DNA of 64,000 bases from Balanoglossus misakiensis (lineage: Eukaryota > Animalia > Hemichordata): the NCBI GenBank assembly GCA_040954595.2, contig CM082585.2:2262902-2326901 (forward strand). The letters run 5' to 3'. The number at the start of each line of letters is the position of its first letter. The first letter of the stretch is position 1. A program made the position numbers and the translations under genes. A model generated the notes under the pieces. That model was not told the DNA's origin. It made no database searches and saw only the letters and a list, made by a program, of their open reading frames with translations. This document shows positions 52,355 through 64,000 of the stretch, piece by piece.

Positions 52355-53554
52355 TACCCAGACATGGCATGGAGGGATTCACCTCCTGTTGAGATGTTCG
52401 CACCCCCTAGCAAATTGTCACAGGTGGGGTGGTCAGTGGCCCTTAAAATGATGTCACTCACATGATAGAGATATTAATTACATAACTCCTTTCCAGAGTG
52501 TGCTCTATTTATAGTCTGCACTATATACAGGTAAATGTGTAATGATATTTCAATAACTTTTGGAATCACAGGTCAGTAGAAAGGTTGATTGAACAAAAGG
52601 TTTTGAAATTCGTTCACCTTGTATTGGAACAGCTCTTACAGACATCACAACATCATTCAACGCTAAATCTTCGTAACTTTTACATACTGTTAATATAAAT
52701 ATAATTATTTTTCTTTAAATTCATCCAAATATTACAATGTTTCTAGCAATTTCATAGCTGTATTATAGTTATTAAGATAATACTGTGTGTATGATATATA
52801 CTTTGTGGATAGGATACAGATCTTTGCTTATTACCAAGAATATAACACCATGTGTTTGGATTTTAAATGCAGTTCGGAGCTGACTGTGTTGCATTTTGAC
52901 TGCAAAATTAAAATATTTAGTTACATTTCCTTGCATTTAGTGTTGAAAATGTCACTTTCAGCTTTAAAATGAGCACTGATATCTATGGAACTAGAAGAAT
53001 TGTGCTTTCTATTCTACAACATACAACATTTACATTTAATCAAACAACAGGATGATATTTGACAGTCAATCAATAAATATAACATATGTGTGAGTTGCAT
53101 GTACAAAACTAGACAGATGTATGTATGTGATATTTAAAGGGACATTAACTGTTACACATGCTCTACACAGAACTCCACTTGTCAGCATAACCTGTATGTG
53201 TGTAACGGCTATTGAAATGAATTCTAGTCCAGACTTGAATTCAAATTCACAATAACAATACTGAACAGACACACCTATATTTCATCATGATTCAGGGATC
53301 TGAAGAAGACACTGCAGTAAATACTTAAAACAAAAATACTGAAAACAAAGTGAAAAGTTACAGCTAATGAAGCTTTAACTATGTTCAGAAACAAGTAGAA
53401 CAGGCAATCAAAACACATTATAAACATTGAGAAAAACACCCAAAGTTACATGTACTACCGGTATCTATGAGGGCCCGTTCTGGTCAAAATTGTAGTTTAT
53501 TAATAAAACATGTTAGAATTAATTTTACCAGTATATAGAATTATTTTTTATGTG

Positions 53555-55072
53555 CTTTAATTATTTTTTTGTAATCATGCAGAATTAATTTTATGTGTTC
53601 TAAATAATTATTTTAGCTTATCTTTGTTAGAAATAATTCTGCCAACATCTCGAATTATTTTTATGTGTAGACTCGAATTAATTTCACGTGTTGTGTCGAA
53701 TTAATTTCACGTTGTCAAATAATATTGCCCTTACAATCCTTTGCGCGTAAATCAAGATGGCGGCGGCTGAGCATGTCTTTCTCGCCGCATAAAGTTAAAA
53801 AAGGGGCCGTTGTACAAGTTGTGAAACGTTTTGGGGCGATTTGCTGTCCAATATAAATGCAGTGTGCTCGAAAACGGCGATCGGTCCACGAGTTTTGGTC
53901 TACAGACAGAATTTTCTAGTCAAACCACTCAAAACCACTACCAGTTGGTGTAATCGCCAGCCTTGCTATGGTATAGCCCAGCTCTGCGTACAGTGTTCTT
54001 GGCGTGGAGGCCGTGTCATGGCGGGAACACACAGACCTGTACACAGAGCAAGCTGTTGCCCCGCGTTGCCAATTCGCCTTGATTGAATAAATTTTGACAT
54101 CTGAACATACAAAAATTGTGTTAATTTGTTATTTTCAGAACTAAGAAATAGCTGTAGGGCCCAGATCCCAGGAAACGGCGAATAAAATATTCCTTAAAAT
54201 TTCCTTGTAAACTCAAGTTTTGTTTAAATAAATTTAAATTAAAAAGACAAAGTCTCTCTCTACATAACCATATTTAATGATAGCTTGCATTCTAGATTTA
54301 CAACTGATAAGATAGGGTGTGGGGCATAGATAGTAAAGGGGCAGACCCCGAAGTCTCCACCTCCTCTGTAGGCTGCATTCACAAACACCATTGGAGGGTG
54401 GGGGGGGGGGGGGGGGGTGGGCGAGAGAATTAAAAAATTTTACCGCTAATTTTCACATGCCCCCCCCCTCCCCCCGACACAACCCGAAATATTTACAAAT
54501 CCCCCTTCCGAACTGCCAAAATTTTAAACACCCTCCCCCTCCATTTTCTTTCACAGAGCAAAACACATCACCTATCTATCTTGTAAAAGATGATATTAAT
54601 TCGACACTACACCTGTAATTAATTCAAGTCTACACGTAAAAAGAATTCGATATGTTGGCAAAATTATTTCTAACAAAGATAAGCTAAAATAATTATTTAG
54701 AACACATAAAATTAATTCTGCATGACTACAAAAAATAATTAAAAACATTGAATTCCCCCCAAAACGTCTCACAACTTGTACAACGGCCCCTTTTTCGAAC
54801 TTTATGCGGCGAGAAAGACATGCTCAGCCGCCGCCATCTTGATTTAAGCGCAAAGGATTGTGGGGGCAATATTAATTTGACACAATGTAAAATTAATTCG
54901 ACACAACACGTGAAATTAATTCGACAAAACACGTGATATTAATTCGACACTACACCTGAAATTAATTCGAGTCTACACGTAAAAATAATTCGAGATGTTG
55001 GCAAAATTATTTCCAACAAAGATAAGCTAAAATAATTATTTAGAACACATAAAATTAATTCTGCATGACTAC
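53555..55072. repeat. Long inverted repeat (~280-320-bp arms; right arm partly duplicated), foldback-like
   Basis: 53555-53840 is the reverse complement of 54755-55072; a partial extra copy lies at 54590-54745. Confidence 0.85.
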
Positions 55073-56686
55073 ATGTCGGTCTCTGGCCCATGGACTATAA
55101 CCAAACAATGATAGTCCCAAATAAAGCCAAGCCATCAACTCCAATTTTGGTTTATTGGTGATGTTTTCTGCGATCATGCTGGATGCAATGCGGATATAAT
55201 AAAACTACTCTGTGAAAAATATGTTTGTTTACAAATTTGTTCACCTTTGTGGGTATATTGAACAGAAAGGGTTACTCCCCTTAACCTCTCAACAAACAAA
55301 CAATCTTGACAATATTTGTAAACATACATATTTTTGTCACACATTTTTATATGAAACAAACACACACACACACTGCAAAGCAGGAGGAAGAGCTCCCTGT
55401 GGTCTTCCCACAAACGTTGGAATCACACTGCAGTGGTCGCCTGATTCAACCAGTAAAGGTCACATGAGGTCATCAATTGTTGTCGGTTTTCTGGTTGAAT
55501 ATTCTCTGAAAGCACGCCTTAACATTGATATTTTGCAATTGGTGTCAATAGTCATGAACTTTAAATAATGGAGCATCACTCGGCCCCAGTTACTAAGTTG
55601 CGATAGGGCGAAATCAACAGCGGAAACTGATTGTCGATCGTCCATGTCTCAAGCTTACCTTGTTTACGGACTGAATCAGGGGACTACAGTAACGTTATCG
55701 CGATGAATGTGATTCTACCCACACATTAAGTCGTGAAAACTATCAGTGATATCTTAAAACACACTAAATACTGTAATGTTTCAATACTCACTCCGCCAAA
55801 TCTGTATATAGGAATAATGATGGTGGACAGTGTGGGGGGCCTGAACCCATGACTTGCAGAAAACAGCTGGTACTTGCTCGCTCCTTGGCTTTGCATGTTT
55901 TCCGCTATTCTTTCAGAGAAATATGACACCGTCCTGGATGTGTAACAAACACTGGCCAACTAACGTCCATAGAAAAGGCGACATTGGAGTTGACGACAGA
56001 AAAAACTGGCAGATTCTCGTGTCACACATGTGTTTACAACGAAGACACAGAACTGGTCAAAGGAAACGGGTCGAAGGTCAGCAACAGCGCCCTCTTGGGG
56101 TATATTCTGCGGAACTTTTGAAAGTTCCCGATCTCGTATCCTAAGGACGCCAGCAGAATTTCCTGCGGCATTTTAATTCTCATTCAAATATGAAAGAAAC
56201 AAAACTAACCCGGTGTGAATTAGTTGGTTTAAAGGGGAGTTGGGGCAGGGTCTTCTTTCGGTAGTTTTGACCCCCAATAAGGCCTATTTACGGAGAGGAT
56301 CTCTTATTCTTCAAATTTATTAATGGAAGTCGCGTATATGGGTAAGGGACCATTCAGTTTTTACGGCCGGGTGGGGCGGCAAAATCCAGGGGGGGGGGGT
56401 CACTTAAATTTTGAAGTCCGAAAGTGGGGGTAATCTTTTTTTTTTAAACGTTTAGGGGGTCACATACTTTTGCCGCAAAACTTTTGCTTTGAGTCCACAA
56501 AATTGCAGTTTCGCGCCCTTAATTTTACAAGATTTTCTAATATGGGAGGGGGACACCCCATCCCACACCCACCCCTCCATTCTTCGCTACATTTCATTTA
56601 TTGCCTGGTTTGTCTAGTGTACAAGGGCAGACTACTTGCCACACCACCACACCGATGCTTACTTTGAGTGGAGTGGCAAAAGTAAA

Positions 56687-59600
56687 ATGCGCAGAACACA
56701 TAGATAGGCCTATGCGCATAAGAACGTTTTCCACTAGACTCTGTGGATCGACGGATAGTTCCAAAATGCCCATGGTTGCTTCCAAACAACCTCGTTTGTT
56801 TACCGAATTCTGTTGTGAGGCACATAACACATAGATAGGCCTATGTGCATAAGAAAGTTTTCCACTAGACTCTGTAGATCGAGAGATAGTTCTAAAATAT
56901 CCATGGTTGCCTCAAAACACAGCCTCGTTTGTTTACAAAAATCTGTTGTGATGCGCAGAACACATAGATAGGCCTATGCGCATAAGAACGTTTTCCACTA
57001 GACCTTTTAGATCGACGGATAGTTCTAAAATTTCCATGGTTGTTTCCAAACAGCCTCGTTTATTTACCGATTTCTGTTGTGAGGCGCTGAACACATAGAT
57101 AGGCCTATGCGCATAAGAAAGTTTTCCACTAGACGCTGAAGATCGACGGATAGTTCTAAAATTTCCATGGTTGCTTCCAAACAGCCTCGTTTATTTACCG
57201 ATTTCTGTTGTGAGGCGCAGAACACATGATAGGCCCATGCTCATAAGAAATTTTTCCACTAGACTGTGTAGATCGAGAGATAGTTCAAAAATTTCCGTGG
57301 TTGCTTCCAAACAGCCTCGTTTGTTTACAAAATTATTTTGTGATGCGCAGAACACATAGATAGGCCTATGCGCAAAAGAACGTTTTCCACTAGACTCTGT
57401 AGATCGATGGATAGTTCTAAAATTTACATGGGTGCTTCTAAACAGCCTCGTTTATTTACCGATTTCTGTTGTGAGGCGCTGAACACATGATAGGCCTATA
57501 CGCATAAGAAAGTTTTCCACTATACTCTGTAGATCGACGGATAGTTGTAAAATTTCAATGGTTGCTTCCAAACAGCCTCGTTTATTTACCGAATTCTGTT
57601 GTGATGCGCAGAACACATGATAGGACTATGCGCATAAGAAATTTTTCCACTAGACTCTGTAGATCGACGGGTAGTTCTAAAATTTCCATAGTTGCTTCCA
57701 AACAGCCTCGTTTATTTACCGAATTCTGTTGTTAGGCGCAGAACACGTGATAGGCCTATGCGCATAAGAAAGTTTTCCACTAGACTCTGTAGATCGACGG
57801 ATAGTTCTAAAATTGCCATGGTTGCTTCCAAACAGCCTCGTTAATTTACCGATTTCTGTTGTGAGGCGCAGAACACATGATAGGCCTATGCGCATAAGAA
57901 ATTTTTCCACTAGACTCTGTAGATCGACGGATAGTTCTAAAATGTCCATGGTTGCTTCCAAACAGCCTCGTTTATTTAATGAATTCTGTTGTGATGCGCA
58001 GAACACATGATAGGCCTATGCGCATAAGAATTTTTCCACTAGACTCTGTAGATCGACGGATAGTTCTAAAATATCCATACTTGCTTCCAAACAGCCTCGT
58101 TTATTTACCGAATTATGTTGTGAGGCGCAGAACACGTGATAGGCCTATGCGCATTAGAAAGTTTTCCACTAGACTCTGTAGATCGAGAGATAGTTCTAAA
58201 ATTTCCAAGGTTGCTTCCAAACACAGTCTCGTTTGTTTACAAAAGTCTGCAGTGATGCGCAGAACACATGATAGGCCTATGCGCATAAGAAACTTTTTCA
58301 CTGTAGATCGACGGATAGTTCTAAAATTTCCATAGACTCTGTAGATCGAGAGATAGTTCTAAAATTTCCATGGTTGCTTCCAAACACAGCCTCGTTTGTT
58401 TACAAAATTCTTTTGTGATGCGCAGAACACATAGCTAGGCCTATGCGCATAAGAAAGTTTTCCACTAGACTCTGTAGATCGACGGATAGTTCTAAAATGT
58501 CCATGGTTGATTTCAAACAGCCTTGTTTATTTACCGAATTCTGCTGTGATGCGCAGATCACATAGATAGGCCTATGTGCATAAGAAACTTTTCCACTAGA
58601 CTCTGTAGATCGACGGATAGTTCTAAAATTTCCATGGTTGCATCCAAACAGCCTCGTTTATTTACCGATTTCTGTTGTGAGGCGCAGAACACGTGATAGG
58701 CCTATGCGCATAAGAAAGTTTTTTACTAGACTCTGCAGATCGACGGATAGTTCTAAAATTTCCATGGTTGCTTCCAAACACAGCCTCGTTTATTTCCAAA
58801 TTCTGTTGTAATGCGCAGAACACATAGATAGGCCTATGCGCATAAGAACGTTTTCCACTAGACTCTATAGATCGACGGATAGTTCTAAAATTTCCATGGT
58901 TGCTTCCAAACACAGCCTCGTTTGTTTACAAAATTCTGCAGTGATGCGCAGAACACATGATAGGCCTATGCGCATAAGAAACTTTTTCACTGTAGATCGA
59001 CGGATAGTTCTAAAATTTCCATGGTTGATTCCAAACACAACCTCGTTTGTTTACAAAATTCTGTTGTAATGCGCAGAACACATAGCTAGGCCTATGCGCA
59101 TAAGAAAGTTTTCCACTAGACTCTGTAGATCGAGAGATAGTTCTAAAATATACATGGTTGCCTCAAAACACAGCCTCGTTTGTTTACAAAATTCTGTTGT
59201 GATGCGCAAAACACATAGATAGGCCTATGCGCATAAGAACGTTTTCCACTAGACCTTTTAGATCGACGGATAGTTCTAAAATTTCCATGGTTGTTTCCAA
59301 ACAGCCTCGTTTATTTACCGATTTCTGTTGTGAGGCTCTGAACACATAGATAGGCCTATGCGCATAAAAAAGTTTTCCACTAGACGCTGAAGGTCGACGG
59401 ATAGTTCTAAAATTTCCATGGTTGCTTCCAAACAGCCTCGTTTATTTACCGATTTCTGTTGTGAGGCGCAGAACACATGATAGGCCCATGCGCATAAGAA
59501 ATTTTTCCACTAGACTCTGTAGATCGACGGATAGTTCTAAAATGTCCATGGTTGCTTCCAAACAAAGCCTCGTTTGTTTACAAAATTCTGTTGTGATGCG

Positions 59601-62600
59601 CAGAACACATATATAGGCCTATGCGCATATGAACGTTTCCCACTATACTCTGTAGATCGAGAGATAGTTCTAAAATTTCCATGTTTGCTTCCAAACAGCC
59701 TCGTTTATTTACGGAATTCTGTTTTGAGGCGCAGAACACATAGATAGGCATATGTGCATAAGAAAGTTTTCCACTATAGACTCTGTAGATCGAGAGATAG
59801 TTCTAAAATTTCCATGGTTGCTTCCAAACACAGCCTCGTTTGTTTACAAAATTCTGTTGTGATGCGCAGAACACATATATAGGCCTATGCGCATAAGAAC
59901 GTTTTCCACTAGACTCTGTAGATCGACGGATAGCTGTAAAATTTCCATGGTTGCTTCCAAACTGCCTCGTTTATTTACCGATTTCTGTTGTGAGGCGCAG
60001 AACACATGATAGGCCTATGCGCATAAGACATTTTTCCACTAGACTCTGTAGATCGACGGATAGTTCTAAAATTTCCATGGTTGCTTCCAAACAGCCTCGT
60101 TTATTTACCGAATTCTGTTGTGAGGCGCAAAACACGTAATAGACCTATGCGCATTAGAAAGTTTTCCACAAGACTCTGTAGATCGACGGATAGATGTAAA
60201 ATGTCCACGGTTGCTTCCAAATACAGCCTCGTTTATTTACCGATTTCTGTTGTGATGCGCATAACACATATATAGGCCTATGCGCAAAAGAACGTTTTCC
60301 ACTAGACTCTGTAGATCGACGGATAGCTGTAAAATTTCCATGTTTGCTTCCAAACAGCCTCGTTTATTTACGGAATTCTGTTGTGAGGCGCAGAACACGT
60401 AATAGGCCTATGCGCATTAGAAAGTTTTCCACAGGACTCTGTAGATCGACGGATAGTTGTAAAATGTCCATGGTTGCTTCCAAATACAGCCTCGTTTATT
60501 TACCGATTTCTGTTGTGATGCGCATAACATATATATAGGCCTATGCGCAAAAGAACGTTTTCCACTAGACTCTGTAGATCGACGGATAGCTGTAAAATTT
60601 CCATGTTTGCTTGCAAACAGCCTTGTTTATTTACGGAATTCTGTTTTGAGGCGCAGAACACATGATAGGCCTATGCGCATACGACATTTTTCCACTAGAC
60701 TCTGTAGATCGACGGATAGTTGTAAAATTTCATGGTTGCTTCCAAATACAGCCTCGTTTATTTACCGATTTCTGTTGTGATGCGCATAACACATAGATAG
60801 GCCTATGCGCATAAGAACGTTTTCCACTAGACTCTGTAGATCGACGGATAGTTGTAAAATGTTCATGGTTGCTTCCAAATACAGCCTCGTTTATTTACCG
60901 ATTTCTGTTGTGATGCGCATAACACATAGATAGGCCTATGCGCATTATAACGTTTTCCACTAGACTCTGTAGATCGACGGATAGTTGTAAAATTTCCATG
61001 GTTGCTTCCAAACAGCCTCGTTTATTTACCGAATTCTGTTGTTAGGCGCAGAACACGTTATAGGCCTATGCGCATAAGAAAGTTTTCCACCAGACTCTAT
61101 AGATCGACGGATTTTTGTAAAATTTCCATGGTTGCTTCCAAACAGCCTCGTTTATTTACCGAATTCCGTGTTAGGCGCAGAACACGTTATAGGCCTATGC
61201 GCATAAGAAAGTTTTCCACCAGACTCTGTAGATGGACTGATAGTTGTAAAATTTCCATGGTTGCTTCCAAACAGCCTCGTTTATTTACTGATTTCTGTTG
61301 TGAGGCGCAGAACACATGATAGGCCAATGCGCATAAGACATTTTTCCACTAGACTCTGTAGATCGACGGATAGTTGTAAAATTTCCATGGTTGCTTCCAA
61401 ACAACCTCGTTTGTTTACGAATTCTGTTGTGATGCGCAGAACACATATATAGGGCTATGCGCATAAGAAAGTTTTCCACCAGACTCCGTAGATCGACGGA
61501 TAGTTGTAAAATTTCCATGGTTGCTTCCAAACAGCCTCGTTTATTTACCGAATTCTGTTGTGAGGCGCAGAACACATAGATAGGCATATGTGCATAAGAA
61601 AGTTTTCCACTATAGACTCTGTAGATCGAGAGATAGTTCTAAAATGTCCATGGTTGCTACCAAACACAGCCTCGTTTGTTTACAAAATTCTGTTGTGATG
61701 CGCAGAACACATAGATAGGCCTATGCGCATATGAACGTTTTCCACCATACACTGTAGATCGAGAGATAGTTCTAAAACTTCCATGTTTGCTTCCAAACAG
61801 CCTCGTTTATTTGCGGAATTCTGTTTTGAGGCGCAGAACACATAGATAGGCATATGTGAATAAGAAAGTTTTCCACTATAGACTCTGTAGATCGAGAGAT
61901 AGTTGTAAAATTTCCATGGTTGCTTCCAAACAGCCTCGTTTATTTACCGATTTCTGTTGTGAGGCGCAGAACACATAGATAGGCCTATGCGCATAAAAAA
62001 CTTTTCAACTTTAGATCAACGGATAGTTCTAAAATTTCCATGGTTGTTTCCAAACAGCCTCGTTTATTTACCGAATTCTGTTGTGATGCGTAGAACACAT
62101 ACATATGCCTATGCGCATAAGAAAGTTTTCCACTAGACTCCGTAGATCGACGAATAGTTCTAAAATGTCCATGGTTGCTTCCAAACAAAGCCTGGTTTGT
62201 TTACAAAATTCTGTTGTGATGCGCAGAACACATAGATAGGCCTATGCGCATATGAACGTTTTCCACTATACTCTGTAGATCGAGAGATAGTTCTAAAATT
62301 TCCATGTTTGCTTCCAAACAGCCTCGTTTATTTACGGAATTCTGTTTTGAGGCGCAGAACACATAGATAGGCATATGTGCATAAGAAAGTTTTCCACTAT
62401 AGACTCTGTAGATCGAGAGATAGTTCTAAAATGTCCATGGTTGCTTCCAAACACAGCCTCGTTTGTTTACAAAATTCTGTTGTGATGCGCAGAACACATA
62501 TATAGGCCTATGCGCATAATAACGTTTTCCACTAGACTCTGTAGATCGACGGATAGTTGTAAAATTTCCATGGTTGCTTCCAAACAGCCTCGTTTATTTA

Positions 62601-64000
62601 CCGAATTCTGTTGTAAGGCACAGAACACATAGATAGGCCTATGTGCATAAGAAAGTTTTCCACTATAGACTCTGTAGATCGAGAGATAGTTCTAAAATGT
62701 CCATGGTTGCTTCCAAACACAGCCTCGTTTGTTTACAAAATTCTGTTGTGATGCGCAGAACACATATATAGGCCTATGCGCATAATAACGTTTTCCACTA
62801 GACTCTGTAGATCGACGGATAGTTGTAAAATTTCCATGGTTGCTTCCAAACAGCCTCGTTTATTTACCGAATTCTGTTGTGAGGCGCAGAACACATAGAT
62901 AGGCATATGTGCATAAGAAAGTTTTCCACTATAGACTCTGTAGATCGAGAGATAGTTCTAAAATGTCCATGGTTGCTACCAAACACAGCCTCGTTTGTTT
63001 ACAAAATTCTGTTGTGATGCGCAGAACACATATATAGGCCTATGCGCATAAGAACGTTTCCACTAGACTCTGTAGATCGACGGATAGTTGTAAAATTTCC
63101 ATGGTTGCTTCCAAACAGCCTCGTTTATTTACTGATTTCTGTTGTGAGGCGCAGAACACATGATAGGCCAATGCGCATAAGACATTTTTCCACTAGACTC
63201 TGTAGATCGACGGATAGTTGTAAAATTTCCATGGTTGCTTCCAAACAACCTCGTTTGTTTACGAATTCTGTTGTGATGCGCAGAACACATATATAGGCCT
63301 ATGCGCATAAGAACGTTTTCCACTAGACTCTGTAGATCGAGAGATAGTTCTAAAATTTCCATGGTTGCTTCCAAACAGCCTCGTTTATTTACCGAATTCT
63401 GTTGTGAGACGCAGAACACGTAATAGGCCTATGCGCATAAGAAAGTTTTCCACCAGACTCCGTAGATCGACGGATAGTTGTAAAATTTCCATGGTTGCTT
63501 CCAAACAGCCTCGTTTATTTACCGAATTCTGTTGTGAGGCGCAGAACACATAGATAGGCCTATGTGCATAAGAAAGTTTTCCACTATAGACTCTGTAGAT
63601 CGAGAGATAGTTCTAAAATGTCCATGGTTGCTACCAAACACAGCCTCGTTTGTTTACAAAATTCTGTTGTGATGCGCAGAACACATATATAGGGCTATGC
63701 GCATAAGAAAGTTTTCCACCAGACTCCGTAGATCGACGGATAGTTGTAAAATTTCCATGGTTGCTTCCAAACAGCCTCGTTTATTTACCGAATTCTGTTG
63801 TGAGGCGCAGAACACATAGATAGGCATATGTGCATAAGAAAGTTTTCCACTATAGACTCTGTAGATCGAGAGATAGTTCTAAAATGTCCATGGTTGCTAC
63901 CAAACACAGCCTCGTTTGTTTACAAAATTCTGTTGTGATGCGCAGAACACATAGATAGGCCTATGCGCATATGAACGTTTTCCACCATACACTGTAGATC
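56687..64000. repeat. Satellite DNA, 130-136-bp monomer, ~55 copies, runs off window end
   Basis: ta(g/t)actctgt at 57391, 57521, 57651, 57781, 57911 (period 130). Variants carry 2-bp indels. Confidence 0.97.

Noticed and set aside
55460-55645. 61-aa minus-strand ORF as the first coding exon of the EGF gene
   Set aside because: No signal peptide or recognisable motif, and it lies just downstream of a donor-like AAG|gtaagc (~55658), so it is probably intronic.
56687-64000. CRISPR array or repeat-protein ORFs
   Set aside because: Whole monomers repeat with no unique spacers, there are no cas genes, and the ORFs are short by-products of the satellite.

Overview
AT-rich, repeat-dense eukaryotic (metazoan) genomic DNA; an invertebrate origin is inferred from repeat style and is not proven. 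The window is bracketed by two tandem arrays. At 1-14.55 kb is a ~0.9-kb macrosatellite with higher-order organisation, nested 116-bp arrays and an inserted Helentron-like (HINE) element. At 56.7-64 kb is a ~130-bp satellite. Between them lie decayed minus-strand exons (Q/P-rich, four Ca-binding EGF, two polyQ) of an apparent pseudogene, many MITEs/HINEs and a 2.4-kb TIR element carrying a spliced BEN-domain-like gene. There is also an 11-kb Academ (AcademX-type) DNA transposon at 32426-43401 (TACA TSD), itself hit by a Tx1/L1 LINE, an L2/CR1 LINE fragment, a TTAA MITE and a HINE. The most notable points are an OTU deubiquitinase-like domain embedded in frame inside the Academ transposase core, and sequence evidence that the macrosatellite and its 116-bp satellite derive from a HINE family present as a single element 10 kb downstream. 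All family assignments come from motif recognition by eye, not database searches.
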